64,000 bases of DNA from an uncultured bacterium (GCA_963825135.1 CAWGRW010000009.1:480001-544000), one strand, 5' to 3'. Shown: positions 18,132 through 30,394, counted from the stretch's first letter. Notes: generated by a model not told the origin, from the sequence alone. A program made the numbers and translations.

Positions 18132-18839
18132 TCACTGTTCCCCGTCGAGAACTTCTTCCATACGCGAGCGCACGATACGCATCAGCTCCTCTCTGCCTGC
18201 CCTTCCCGAAGGAAGATTCCTTACATCTATAGGGGGGAGTATCCTTATCTTCATAGTGCCCGGCCTGAGGACTTTCGACCCCCTGGGCATGATGTCGAGC
18301 CCGCCCGTAATCACCATCGGTACGACGGGGACGCCAGCCAGCATGGCGATAAAGAATCCTCCCTTCTGGAAAGGCAGAAGGTTCCCCTCCTTACCCCTCG
18401 TGCCTTCGGGGGCGATAAGTACCGAAGGGCCGGATTTTATACCGCTCACGATCTTCTTTACCTCCTTCGTGTCCCTCTCGGAGCCGTCCCGGGCGACGAA
18501 GTAGTGACCGGCAATCCTTGCGACCCATCCGATAAACGGCATATCGCCGACTTCTTTCTTCATCACCGCCTTCCAGTCGATAGGAAGTACGGCCATATAG
18601 GCGAAGATATCGAATACGCTTTGATGGTTGTACATTATTATCGACGGCTCGGGCGGGATATTCTCGAGCCCTTTCACGTCGAGCTTCACCCCGGCGGTGA
18701 ACATTATCATGCGCGCCCAGGGCCTCACCGCGTATTTAATCGCGGCCGGCGGGGAGATCACCGCCAGAACCATGCCGTAAATGCCAAAGAATATGGTGTA
18801 AATGATAAAAGTAATCCAGCAAAGAACCGTTCTGAACAT
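18132..18839 (-). CDS. plsC: 1-acyl-sn-glycerol-3-phosphate acyltransferase family
   Basis: NHQSVFD (HX4D) and PEGTR motifs. Confidence 0.88.
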   Translation of the reverse strand: MFRTVLCWITFIIYTIFFGIYGMVLAVISPPAAIKYAVRPWARMIMFTAGVKLDVKGLENIPPEPSIIMYNHQSVFDIFAYMAVLPIDWKAVMKKEVGDMPFIGWVARIAGHYFVARDGSERDTKEVKKIVSGIKSGPSVLIAPEGTRGKEGNLLPFQKGGFFIAMLAGVPVVPMVITGGLDIMPRGSKVLRPGTMKIRILPPIDVRNLPSGRAGREELMRIVRSRMEEVLDGEQ

Positions 18840-18898
18840 AGGGGTTTATATGTGGAATATTATCCGAATCATCGCTCCCGGGCTAGATTTATTCTCCG

Positions 18899-19789
18899 CT
18901 ATCCCCCGGCAGACATTATCCTGAGCGCCTTAGGGACTACGTCAATTACGTGCGTACCGGCTCCGAGATAAAAAGGCTCCCCGTCCATATGGGCGGGCTG
19001 GGGGCTTTCGATCCTGATTTCCATGCGGGGCCCAGACTTGAGCTCCACTTCGGGCAGGCCCGAATGAGTCCCATCCAGGACCTTGGGAATCTTGATGAGC
19101 CTCTGTAAAGGGCTCATATCCTTTATAATATGAAAATCCAGAAGCCCGTCGTCCACCCTGGCCCAGGGGGCGAGCCTGAACTTTCCGCCCTGGTATATAC
19201 CGTTCGACGCCCCGACCAGCAGCAGGGTGCCCGAGTACTTCCACTCGCCCACCGTTACCTCCGTCGGGAAACCCCTGAAGGAAAACGCTTCCTGGACCGC
19301 CCCCACTATGTACCCCAGCTGTCCCCGCAGCAGCTTAAGCTTCTTGAAACGGTGAGAAACGGCTCCGTCGAGCCCTATGCCGAGCCCGTTGACAAAATAA
19401 ACATTCCCCAGTTTTCCCAGGTCCACGGTGCGCTCCCGTCCCGAATATATAGTCTCTACCGCGTGTTCCGTATCAAGCGGTATTCCCGCTGATTTGGGAA
19501 AATCGTTACCGCTCCCCGAAGGGATCATCCCGAAAATAAGCGGCGACCCCAAGATTCCGTTTACCACCTCGTGGGATGTCCCGTCGCCCCCCACCGCGAC
19601 TACGTGAGTGAAATTTCCGGAAACGGAGTCTCTCGCGAGCGACTCGGCTTCCCCGGGGCCAGACGTGAATATATACTCAAACGGTATGCCCCGTCTATCG
19701 AGCCCGGGCTTGATAGAATTGAATAAAGCGGCCGTCCTGCCCTGTCCCGCAGCCGGATTGACGATGAACAAATATCTCGCGTCTTTCAA
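18899..19789 (-). CDS. Diacylglycerol kinase family lipid kinase (YegS/DagK-like)
   Basis: NPAAG, GGDGT..EVVNG, PSGSGNDF, DGE; start uncertain (TTG 19789 or ATG 19834). Confidence 0.88.
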   Translation of the reverse strand: MKDARYLFIVNPAAGQGRTAALFNSIKPGLDRRGIPFEYIFTSGPGEAESLARDSVSGNFTHVVAVGGDGTSHEVVNGILGSPLIFGMIPSGSGNDFPKSAGIPLDTEHAVETIYSGRERTVDLGKLGNVYFVNGLGIGLDGAVSHRFKKLKLLRGQLGYIVGAVQEAFSFRGFPTEVTVGEWKYSGTLLLVGASNGIYQGGKFRLAPWARVDDGLLDFHIIKDMSPLQRLIKIPKVLDGTHSGLPEVELKSGPRMEIRIESPQPAHMDGEPFYLGAGTHVIDVVPKALRIMSAGG

Positions 19790-19948
19790 TTTCTGGCCTT
19801 TCAAGTAAAATCTAAGAACTATAGAACATAGCATTTTTCAAAATCGTTTACAAAACAAACGGCAGAGATACTTGAAATGGGACATATTATATGTTAATAA
19901 AGTTCGTTTTATCCAAATAAAATCGGAGCAAATCAGGAGGCATTTTAA

Positions 19949-20944
19949 ATGGTAGAAGAAATCCAGCCTACCGAACAGGTAAACGAGGTAATCAGCATGA
20001 AGCAGCTTCTCGAAGCCGGGGTGCATTTCGGCCATCAGATCAGCCACTGGAACCCCAAAATGAAGGAATTCATCTTCGGGAACAGGAACGGAATCCACAT
20101 TATCGATCTCCAGCAGACAGTCGGTCTTTTCAAAAAGGCCTACGGTTTCGTAAGAGACATCGCCGCAGGCGGGGGGGAAGTGCTTTTCGTAGGGACGAAG
20201 AAACAGGCCCAGGGCATAATAGCGGAGGAAACAGCGCGTTCCGGCATGCCTTATGTAAATACCCGCTGGCTGGGGGGCACGCTCACGAACTTCAATACCA
20301 TCAGGTCCCGTGTCGACTACCTGCTCGAATTAAAGAAGCTCGAAGAAGAGGGACAGATGGAGAGGCTCCCCAAGAAAGAAGCGAAGGGTTTAAAAAGGGA
20401 AATCCAGAAACTCGAACTCCTTTTGGGCGGAGTGGTCAACATGAAAAGGATACCTCAGGCCCTCTACATAGTGGATACGAGGAAAGAACACATTGCGGTT
20501 CACGAAGCGAGGAGGCTCGGCATACCGATAGTCGCCGTGGTGGATACCAACTCCAACCCGGCAGACGCCGATTTCGTGATCCCGAGCAACGATGACGCCA
20601 TAAGGGCGATTAAGCTCTTCACATCCAGAATATCCGACGCTTGCGTCGAAGGAAGGCACGCCTACGAGCAGAAGCTGCAGGCGGGAGAAGTAACAAGAAA
20701 GCCGCAGGAAGATCAGATCGTTGTCGAGAGGAAGGTATTCGTATTCAAGGAATTCGGCGAGGAAACGGCGAAAGAGGAAACGACCTCCGTCGCGGTGTCC
20801 GAGAGCAGCCAGGTCGGACAAGCCCCCCAGAGCGCAGAGGCCGAGAAGAAAGACAAGCAGCCCGCAAGGCCTAAAGCGCCTGCCAAGAAGGCTGAAGAAG
20901 AGGAAGAAACTTACACCTACACCCATACCGATAAGACCGAATAA
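19949..20944 (+). CDS. rpsB: 30S ribosomal protein S2 with long charged C-terminal extension
   Basis: [32 protein letters not shown]. Confidence 0.97.
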   Translation: MVEEIQPTEQVNEVISMKQLLEAGVHFGHQISHWNPKMKEFIFGNRNGIHIIDLQQTVGLFKKAYGFVRDIAAGGGEVLFVGTKKQAQGIIAEETARSGMPYVNTRWLGGTLTNFNTIRSRVDYLLELKKLEEEGQMERLPKKEAKGLKREIQKLELLLGGVVNMKRIPQALYIVDTRKEHIAVHEARRLGIPIVAVVDTNSNPADADFVIPSNDDAIRAIKLFTSRISDACVEGRHAYEQKLQAGEVTRKPQEDQIVVERKVFVFKEFGEETAKEETTSVAVSESSQVGQAPQSAEAEKKDKQPARPKAPAKKAEEEEETYTYTHTDKTE

Positions 20945-21004
20945 ATACGGCCGGATCGGATTCGAATTCTTCAGGGAAGAAATCGAGGAGGAATTTAACG
21001 GACA

Positions 21005-21610
21005 ATGGCAGATATTACGGCACAGATGGTGAAAGAGATCAGGGACAGAACGGGGGCACCGTTTATCGATTGCAAAAAGGCCCTCGAAGAGGTGTCCGGC
21101 GACTTCGATAAAGCTATCGAGATACTGAAAATTAAAGGCGTGGCGAAAGCGGCAAAGAAATTGGGCAGAGAAACGCCCGAAGGAACGATTACTTCGTACA
21201 TACATGCCGGCGGAAAGATCGGGGTTCTCGTGGAAATTAACTGCGAGACCGATTTTGTCGCAAGGAACGATGAATTTCAGGCATTCGCGAAAGAGGTAGC
21301 CATGCAGATCGCCGCGGGTAATCCCCGGTATGTGAGCAGGGAGTTTATCCCCGAGGAAGAGCTCGCCAAAGAGAAGGAAATTATGAAGGCCCAGGTCATA
21401 GAGTCGGGGAAGCCCGCGAATATAGCGGAGAAAATAGCCGAGGGGAAAATCGAGAAATTTTACGAGGAAGTCTGCCTTCTTGACCAGGTTTACATCAGGG
21501 ACTCGAAACTAAAGATCAGCGACCTCCTTCAGGCGCTCATAGCAAAGATCGGGGAAAATATTAAGGTCAGAAGGTTTGTACGGTACCAGCTAGGCGAATC
21601 CCTGGACTAA
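21005..21610 (+). CDS. tsf: Elongation factor Ts (short form)
   Basis: CKKAL, EINCETDFVA; position after rpsB. Confidence 0.96.
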   Translation: MADITAQMVKEIRDRTGAPFIDCKKALEEVSGDFDKAIEILKIKGVAKAAKKLGRETPEGTITSYIHAGGKIGVLVEINCETDFVARNDEFQAFAKEVAMQIAAGNPRYVSREFIPEEELAKEKEIMKAQVIESGKPANIAEKIAEGKIEKFYEEVCLLDQVYIRDSKLKISDLLQALIAKIGENIKVRRFVRYQLGESLD

Positions 21611-22925
<1,315 letters not shown>

Positions 22926-23064
22926 GTCCGGCTCTCTCCCCTGCCGCCTGAACCTTATCCCGAACTTTAAAACTCCGGGGAAAAGTATCTAAACTAATAA
23001 CGATTGTAGGTTTCCGGGAATTACTCTATAATTAAGGCCAGGACTAAGAGAAGTCGGGAAGGCG

Positions 23065-23310
23065 ATGAGAGACTCACTTTCAAGTGTTTTTTCTTATATG
23101 TTTATGGCGTCGATATTTATATCCATTATCTCTTTATTCGCCGTGTTGATCATTCTTCTTCGGTCGTTCACGACGGATACCGGCGAATTGGAAAAACAGG
23201 CGGGTTACGCCTTTCTCTACCTTTTCATCATATGCATAATCGCCGCTCCGATTTTTCATTACATATCCAACAGGCTGGAAAAACGGGTAAGGCGATTCGA
23301 CGAATTTTGA
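23065..23310 (+). CDS. Small two-TM membrane protein
   Basis: Two hydrophobic segments; purine-rich SD-like sequence upstream. Confidence 0.6.
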   Translation: MRDSLSSVFSYMFMASIFISIISLFAVLIILLRSFTTDTGELEKQAGYAFLYLFIICIIAAPIFHYISNRLEKRVRRFDEF

Positions 23311-23424
23311 GGATTGTCGATTTCGGAAGTATCGGATGACGGGATCATGGAAACTATCCGGGTTCGATAGGGGGACGCCGCAGTATTTCGCTTTACCGTC
23401 CGAACCGGGGTTTCCATAATTTAG

Positions 23425-25353
23425 TTGAGTCTTGTTATGGATAATACAGGCAAACAGAATATTCTTGCATGTTTGAACGAGGAGCTGTTCTCGGAGATGG
23501 ACGGCATACTCGGCAAACGAAATATTCAGGCGCAAAGGGCTTCGTCCGCCGAGGAGTTCTTCGAACATCTGAGGAATCAATCATACGACATAGCCGTCGT
23601 CGATGCGAGGTCCTTCGATTTCTCGATCCCGGAAATAATAACGCGTGTTAAATCGATTTCTCAGAATACCGAAATAATTATGATTACTGAGCCGGGACAG
23701 GACGGAGATCCTGCTTCGGACAATCCCCTCGACAGTCTTGTGTACGGTTATGTAGAAACACCGCCCAATATAAAATACGTCGCTACACTGGCGCTGAAAG
23801 CCCTCGAGAAACAGAAACTTCTAATTTCTTCTGCAGGCCGGAATAAGATCAGCCGGAAAAGCGTTATTCAAACCGCAAGGAGCGGTGAGAACGAAGCGCA
23901 GAACCTCTTGCTTTCGACGTCGGTGAACAGTCTGAATTCTGCGGTCACCATCACCGATATAAACCGCAACATCATCTATATCAACAATGCCCACACAAGG
24001 ACCTTCGGATATAAACCCGAAGAGATAATAGGAAAGAAGAGCGATGTCTTGTACCCCCTCGACGACCCGTCCGGAGTGAGCAGCAAGATCTACGAAGCCC
24101 TCGCGATGGTCGGCTGGGAGGGCGAAAGGCTCGCGCTTAGAAAGAACGGGAACGCATTCCCCGTGTACGAAAAGACGTCCGCAATTAAGGATAAGGACGG
24201 GAATCAGCTGGGTATCGTGTCGGTGCTGGACGATATCACCGCGAGAAGAAGACTCCAGCAGGCGCTTAGAGAATCGGAGGAAAGATACAGAAGCTTCGTG
24301 GAAACGGCTAAGAGCGCGATCATAGCGGTTGACGGAGACGGAAAAATCATTCTCTTTAATCCCGCCGCGGAGAAGATATTCGGATACGCGAAGGAAGACA
24401 TTGTTGATAAAGAGTTCCGCTCCCTCTTTCCGGAAAGATACAAAGACGCGGTAAACGCCGAGCTCGGCAAAGGGGGCGGTAACGGGTTTTCGGGCCTGAA
24501 AGAATCGACGTCGGAGATAACGGGCCTCAACAAAAGCGGGGAGGAATTCCCGGCGGAGGTATCTTTTTCGACGTGCAGGGTCGAGGGAAGGCCGATATTG
24601 ACCGCAATAATATTCGATATTACAGAAAAGAAGAATTTACTTGAGCAGCTTCTCCAGTCGGCAAAACTCGCGGCCGTAGGCGAGCTCATCTCGGGCGTAA
24701 CTCACGAGGTGAATAACCCCCTCGCTGTGGTGATAGGGTATTCCGAGATGCTGCTTGCCGAGCCCGACCTCAGTAATGAATCGAGAGAAGCTATAAAATC
24801 CATACATGCCGAATCGGAAAGGGCTAAAAAGGTCATACAGAATTTACTTTCCTTCGCCCGCAAGCACAGTCCCGAGAAAGAAGTCATACAGGTAAACGAA
24901 ATACTCGAAAAGACTCTGGGCCTGACGGACTACGAGCTCAGAAAAAACTCGGTTACCGTCGTCAAAGACCTCGACCCGGAACTCCCCGAGACCGTGGGCG
25001 ATCCGAACCAGCTGCAGCAGGTTTTCCTGAACCTGATTATTAATTCCCAGCAGGCGATGATGGAAACCGGTGACGCCAGGCGGCTCACGGTACGGAGCAG
25101 AATAAGGGAATCGGAAAGCACCGACAGACAGGGAAAGAGAAACGTTATCCAGGTGGCATTTGAGGATAACGGCCCGGGAATACCGGACACCAGCATCAAT
25201 AAGATATTCGACCCGTTCTATACCACGAAGACTAAAGGCACCGGGCTCGGTCTCTCTGTCTCATTCGGTATCATTAAAGAGCACGGGGGAGACATATTCG
25301 CAAGGGCCAACGAGGGGAGAGGGGTTACCTTCATCGTCGAATTGCCGTCCTGA
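23425..25353 (+). CDS. Cytoplasmic sensor histidine kinase: receiver-like, two PAS, HisKA, HATPase
   Basis: HEVNNPL H-box, QVFLNL..N, DNGPG, F.PFYTTK, GTGLGL; two PAS/PAC repeats; start 23425 or 23437. Confidence 0.92.
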   Translation: MSLVMDNTGKQNILACLNEELFSEMDGILGKRNIQAQRASSAEEFFEHLRNQSYDIAVVDARSFDFSIPEIITRVKSISQNTEIIMITEPGQDGDPASDNPLDSLVYGYVETPPNIKYVATLALKALEKQKLLISSAGRNKISRKSVIQTARSGENEAQNLLLSTSVNSLNSAVTITDINRNIIYINNAHTRTFGYKPEEIIGKKSDVLYPLDDPSGVSSKIYEALAMVGWEGERLALRKNGNAFPVYEKTSAIKDKDGNQLGIVSVLDDITARRRLQQALRESEERYRSFVETAKSAIIAVDGDGKIILFNPAAEKIFGYAKEDIVDKEFRSLFPERYKDAVNAELGKGGGNGFSGLKESTSEITGLNKSGEEFPAEVSFSTCRVEGRPILTAIIFDITEKKNLLEQLLQSAKLAAVGELISGVTHEVNNPLAVVIGYSEMLLAEPDLSNESREAIKSIHAESERAKKVIQNLLSFARKHSPEKEVIQVNEILEKTLGLTDYELRKNSVTVVKDLDPELPETVGDPNQLQQVFLNLIINSQQAMMETGDARRLTVRSRIRESESTDRQGKRNVIQVAFEDNGPGIPDTSINKIFDPFYTTKTKGTGLGLSVSFGIIKEHGGDIFARANEGRGVTFIVELPS

Positions 25354-25401
25354 TTTCATTCCCGGTACTATTAAGATACGAATTTATAAAGGGTTACTTC
25401 T

Positions 25402-26688
25402 CTACTTCTCCGGAGCAATCCGTTCGACGCCGCCCATGTAGGGTATGAGCGCCTTCGGTAAAGTTATCGTACCGTCAGACTCCTGAAAATTCTCCAGTAT
25501 CGCGATGACCGTCCTGCCAACCGCGAGACCCGAGCCGTTTAACGTATGTACGAGCCTGGGCTTGCCGCCTCCCGGGGGACGGTACCTGATAGAGGCCCTT
25601 CTGGCCTGAAAATCCTCGAAGTTGCTGCATGACGAAATCTCCCTGTATACGTTCTCGCTCGGCACCCATACCTCGATGTCATAAGTCTTTGCCGACGAGA
25701 ACCCCATATCGCCCGTACAGAGCACGACCACACGGTAAGGAAGCCCTAGAAGCTCCAGGATACGGGCTGCGTTCCCGGTCAGGGACTCGAGCTCGTCGTA
25801 AGAATTCTCGGGCTCGGCGAATTTCACGAGCTCGACCTTGTTGAACTGGTGCTGCCTTATTATTCCGCGGACGTCCTTTCCGTAAGAGCCGGCCTCGCTC
25901 CTGAAACAAGGGGTATAGGCGACGTATTTCACCGGCAGGTCCTCAACGCTCAATATCTCGTCCCTGTGTATGTTCGTCACCGGGACCTCCGCCGTGGGAA
26001 TAAGGTAGAAGTCCGTCCCTTCGACCTTGAACAAATCGGCCGCGAACTTCGGAAGGTTCCCCGTGCCGATAAAACTTTCGCTGTTCGCCATGAAAGGGGG
26101 GAGCACCTCTTTGTATCCGTGCTCTTTCGTATGAACGTCGAGCATAAAATTAATCAGCGCCCGTTCGAGCCTCGCCCCGAGCCCTTTATAAAGCGCGAAC
26201 CTGGCGCCTGTAATCTTGGCCGCCCTGTCGAGATCGAGGATATCGAGGGCCTTCCCGAGCTCGACGTGATCCCTGGGTTCAAATCCGAAAGCCCTCGGCT
26301 CGCCCCACCTTTTCACTTCCTTATTGTCCGAGGCATCCTTTCCGACAGGCACCGATTCGTGAGGCATATTCGGGACCCCCAGGAGGAATTCCCTGAGGTT
26401 ATTATCCGCATTCGACCTCTCGCCGGCGAGGTCCTTAATCTTGTCCGACAGCACTTTAAGCTCCGCCTGAAGCTTGTCCGCCTCGTCGTGATTCCCGTCC
26501 CGCTTTAACTCCCCGACCTTTTTAGAGCCGACGTTCCTCCGGTGCTCGAGCTCTTCGACGCTCTTTATTATCGCGCGCCTCTCCTGATCAAGAGCCCTGA
26601 ATCTGCCGGAATCAAACGCGGCCCCCCTTTCTTTCATCCTGGCCGCCACTTTCTCAAGATTATCTTCCACGAATTTTGAATCGAGCAT
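25402..26688 (-). CDS. serS: Seryl-tRNA synthetase
   Basis: [39 protein letters not shown]. Confidence 0.97.
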   Translation of the reverse strand: MLDSKFVEDNLEKVAARMKERGAAFDSGRFRALDQERRAIIKSVEELEHRRNVGSKKVGELKRDGNHDEADKLQAELKVLSDKIKDLAGERSNADNNLREFLLGVPNMPHESVPVGKDASDNKEVKRWGEPRAFGFEPRDHVELGKALDILDLDRAAKITGARFALYKGLGARLERALINFMLDVHTKEHGYKEVLPPFMANSESFIGTGNLPKFAADLFKVEGTDFYLIPTAEVPVTNIHRDEILSVEDLPVKYVAYTPCFRSEAGSYGKDVRGIIRQHQFNKVELVKFAEPENSYDELESLTGNAARILELLGLPYRVVVLCTGDMGFSSAKTYDIEVWVPSENVYREISSCSNFEDFQARRASIRYRPPGGGKPRLVHTLNGSGLAVGRTVIAILENFQESDGTITLPKALIPYMGGVERIAPEK

Positions 26689-26816
26689 AACCACCTAATC
26701 CCGTACCGGATTTAACATAGCAACAACAATTCGCGAATATATACCCACCTGACCCTGCCGCGCTCCGCTCCGAGCGAGTGAAGCCTGTAACTCTTTATGA
26801 CCGAAGGAAATTTGCT

Positions 26817-27231
26817 TTAGATATCAAACACTATTTCGGCCATAAATCTATCATTCACCCTCTGTATTTTCAAATTGTGGTACGTGGCCGCCTTGATGTC
26901 GAGCCCGAGCTCGTGCCTCCCGGGGTCGATCTTTTCACCTTTGAGCCTGCCTTTGAGCCTGAAACCGTCCGTAAGCTCGATCTCCGCTTGGCTGAAAACC
27001 ATCTTCCGGGCCTGATGGAGATAGAGTATCTCGCTCAGCATTTTTATAAGAAGCTCTTCCCCGGTCTCGGCCCCGGCCTCGAACACTATCTCCTCGACCG
27101 GCCTGACCGACCCCGTCTCGGCGATGAGGGAAAACATGGCGAGCGCGGCGTTTTTTAATAATTCCGCGTAGCTTCCGCCGAACACCCTGACCCCGATATC
27201 CGCCGTATGCTCAAAAACCTCGAAGCTCCAT
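26817..27231 (-). CDS. Archease (apparent +1 base right after ATG)
   Basis: FEHTADIGV N-terminal motif in frame upstream of the called GTG; IKAATYH; C-terminal FDI; ATG 27231 is out of frame by one extra G. Confidence 0.85.
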
Positions 27232-27342
27232 CCTCACTATTCTATCATGCATTAGGAGGCGATGCCTAAGCCCGTTTGCCATCGGAACCCGCATGCGGTT
27301 ACAATTATGACATATCAAAACTAAAGGCCTATGGAGGAATAT

Positions 27343-28065
27343 TTGGGAAAGATAAATAAAGGATTTCGAACTCACGTATCTGGGCCATTCGACGTTCACG
27401 CTCACGACCCCCGGCGGGAAAGACCATACTCATAGACCCGTGGGTCGAGAACAACCCTGCCTGCCCGGAGGGACTGAAGAAGGTCAGCAAGCTCGACATC
27501 ATGCTTGTCACGCACGCCCACTTCGACCATATCGGCGACGCGGTTTCAATAGGAAAAGAGCATCAGCCGAAGGTCGTGGGCATTTACGAGACCTGCGTGT
27601 GGCTTAATGGCAAGGGGGTCGAGAATATAATGCCGATGAATAAAGGGGGCACTCAGGCAGTGGACGGGATCAAGTTCACGATGGTCCACGCCGACCATAG
27701 CTGCGGCATACAGGACGAGGACGGTTCCATTATTTACGGCGGTGAGGCGGTCGGATATGTAATCGAGCTTGAGAACGGATACAGGATCTACCACTCCGGG
27801 AGATACGGCGGTATTCAGCGACATGAAGCTGATCTCGGAGATTTATAAACCGGAGCTCGCAATGATACCCATAGGCGATCTCTTCACCATGTCTCCGCTC
27901 GAAGCCTCGTATGCGTGCAGGTTCCTGGCGGTCAAATACATAGTGCCTATGCATCACGGGACTTTCCCCGCGCTTACGGGGACGCCCGCCATGTTGAAGG
28001 AGCTTACGAAAGATATAAAGGGCCTGGAGATCATTGCGCTCAAACCCGGCGAATCCCTGAATTAG
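27343..28065 (+). pseudogene. UPF0173 metallo-beta-lactamase-fold hydrolase with three +1 frameshifts (probably sequence errors)
   Basis: Repaired translation YLGHS..IDPW..THAHFDH..HADHS..YHSGDT..PIGD..PMH.GTFP; extra bases at 27364-66, 27419-21, 27798-800. Confidence 0.85.
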
Positions 28066-28354
28066 TTTATATGGGGGAGCGGCTCGAGGATTCGGGGAAA
28101 AGACTTTCGCCCGGGGGCTCCGCGGTCCCCGGAGGTATGTTTCTCAACACCCTTCAGGCCGCAGCACTTCGAGCTTTGAGCGGAGAGCGCACGAATACGG
28201 CGGGGAGAAAGACGGAGGTGTCTTCGTTTCGTCTCTCGACTGGAGAATCTTAGGCTCGCTATAGAATAATGGCCAATCCCCGGACACTCCCGGTGCAAAA
28301 TTATCCGTTATTACAAAATATTGTGATTTAAAAGGGAGTTACGCTGACTGCAAA

Positions 28355-28383
28355 TTGACAATGACCCCCGAATATGCTAATAA
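28355..28383 (+). promoter_or_regulatory. Putative sigma70 promoter of ffh
   Basis: TTGACA-N17-TAATAA with extended TGn. Confidence 0.55.
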
Positions 28384-28431
28384 TAATGGCTTCGCCTTTT
28401 TAACGGAGTGGGTTCTGTCTTCTGAAAGGTC

Positions 28432-29766
28432 ATGTTTGAAGGAATATCTGAAAAACTAAATTCCACCCTAAAGAGGGTAAGGGGCTACGGAAAGCTGAGC
28501 GAGAGTAACATTCAGGACGCTCTCAGAGAGGTGCGTTTGAGCCTCCTCGAAGCCGATGTGAACTTCAAGGTGGTCAGGGAGTTCGTCGAATCGGTCAAGA
28601 CCCGCTCATTGGGCCAGGAAGTCATGGGGAGCCTATCGCCGGGTCAGCAGTTCGTGAAAATCGTCCATGATGAAATGATAAAGATCTTGGGCGACGAGAG
28701 CTCGGAGCTCGACCTCAAATCGTCCCCGCCGGTCGCGATCATGCTCGTGGGCCTGCAGGGCTCGGGAAAAACCACCTCCGCCTCCAAGCTGGCCAAGTAC
28801 TTGAAGGAGAGTCTGAAAAGAAACCCCTATCTCGTCCCGGCCGACGTATACAGGCCTGCCGCTATAGACCAGCTGAAGGTGCTCGCGAAGCAGGTGGGAG
28901 CCGGCATTTACGATACAAAACCGGGGGACAGGCCTTTAGATATCTGCAAAAACGCACTGGAGGAAGCCAAGCTCGGCGGCTACGACACCTTAATAATCGA
29001 TACGGCGGGCAGATTACACATTGACGAAGAGCTCATGGAAGAGCTCAAGACGATAAAAACCGAGTTGAATCCCCATCAGGTGCTGCTCGTCGCGGACGCG
29101 ATGACCGGTCAGGATGCGGTAAATGTCTCCTCGAGCTTCAATGAGGCGCTCGACATAGACGGCGTCGTGCTTACGAAGATGGACGGAGATGCCAGGGGAG
29201 GAGCGGCGCTTTCCATAAAGTCCGTAACCGGAAAGCCGATCAAGTTCTTCGGCACGGGCGAGAAGCTCGAAGCCCTCGAGGTCTTTCACCCCGACAGGAT
29301 AGCGTCCCGGATTCTCGGAATGGGTGACGTGCTCACTTTCATCGAAAAAGCCCAGGCGGCGTTCGATGATAAAAAGGCCGAAGAGATGGCTCGGAAGCTT
29401 CTGAAAAAGGAGTTTACGCTGGCAGATTTCAGGGAGGCTATGCTGGCTATGCGCAAACTCGGGTCCCTCGACAGCATGACCCAGATGATCCCGGGCATGA
29501 AGCAGATCGCGAATAACCCCAAGGCCCTCGATATGGCCGAAAAAGAGATAAAAAAGACGATCTCGATCGTGGACTCGATGACGATTGAAGAAAGAACGGA
29601 CCACACTTTACTGAACAGCAGCAGAAGGAAGCGGATCGCCCGCGGAAGCGGCACGAGGGTCGAGGACATTAACCGGGTGATAAAAAACTATATGCAGATG
29701 AGAAATATGATGAAGAATATGGGTAAAATGGGCAAAATGGCAAAAAGAATGATGAAATTTATGTAA
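28432..29766 (+). CDS. ffh: Signal recognition particle protein
   Basis: GLQGSGKTT, DTAGR, TKMDGD..GG, RIARGSG, Met-rich tail. Confidence 0.97.
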   Translation: MFEGISEKLNSTLKRVRGYGKLSESNIQDALREVRLSLLEADVNFKVVREFVESVKTRSLGQEVMGSLSPGQQFVKIVHDEMIKILGDESSELDLKSSPPVAIMLVGLQGSGKTTSASKLAKYLKESLKRNPYLVPADVYRPAAIDQLKVLAKQVGAGIYDTKPGDRPLDICKNALEEAKLGGYDTLIIDTAGRLHIDEELMEELKTIKTELNPHQVLLVADAMTGQDAVNVSSSFNEALDIDGVVLTKMDGDARGGAALSIKSVTGKPIKFFGTGEKLEALEVFHPDRIASRILGMGDVLTFIEKAQAAFDDKKAEEMARKLLKKEFTLADFREAMLAMRKLGSLDSMTQMIPGMKQIANNPKALDMAEKEIKKTISIVDSMTIEERTDHTLLNSSRRKRIARGSGTRVEDINRVIKNYMQMRNMMKNMGKMGKMAKRMMKFM

Positions 29767-29827
29767 AGACTTAATCTTTTGATAAGATTTGATTACAATA
29801 GTATATATATAAGGAGGTATTCGTATT

Positions 29828-30088
29828 TTGGTTAAAATAAGGCTAATGAGAATAGGGTCGAAGAAAAACCCTTTCTACAGGATAGTGGCTACGGATTCGC
29901 GTTCGCCCCGTGACGGCAAGTTTCTCGAGATCCTGGGTCATTACGACCCGAGAAAGAAACCGCAGCATGTAGAGGTAAACGCGGACAGGGTCAAGGACTG
30001 GATAAGCAAAGGGGCTCAGACGACGGAGCGTGTAGGCAAACTAATATCTGGTTTAACCAGATCGGAGACGGAAACAATGTCGAAATAG
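29828..30088 (+). CDS. rpsP: 30S ribosomal protein S16
   Basis: VKIRL.R.G.K..PFYRIV, RDG. Confidence 0.96.
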   Translation: MVKIRLMRIGSKKNPFYRIVATDSRSPRDGKFLEILGHYDPRKKPQHVEVNADRVKDWISKGAQTTERVGKLISGLTRSETETMSK

Positions 30089-30135
30089 GAATGTCCGGAT
30101 GAGTATCGTCATAAACAATAGGGGAGGTTTCAGTT

Positions 30136-30375
30136 ATGGAAAAGCTTACTGAGCTTGTGACTTTCATCGCTAAATCACTGGTTGATAGTCCTGACAAGGT
30201 TGAGGTTCGTGAAGTTTCCGGAGAGCAGACCGCTGTTCTCGAATTGAAAGTGGCCCCTGAGGACCTGGGTAAGATTATAGGGAAACAGGGGAAGACCGCG
30301 AAAGCCATCAGGACGATACTCGGCGCTGCCGCCGCCAAAATGAGAAGAAGGGCAGTACTGGAAATCCTAGAGTAG
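30136..30375 (+). CDS. khpA: KH-domain RNA-binding protein
   Basis: [17 protein letters not shown]; between rpsP and rimM. Confidence 0.93.
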   Translation: MEKLTELVTFIAKSLVDSPDKVEVREVSGEQTAVLELKVAPEDLGKIIGKQGKTAKAIRTILGAAAAKMRRRAVLEILE

Positions 30376-30394
30376 TTATTTCCAATCAGTCAAT

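Noticed and set aside
28066..28300. Possible SRP RNA or other ncRNA upstream of ffh
   Set aside because: TCAGGCCGCAGC lacks the SRP GNRA-loop core; no convincing long stem
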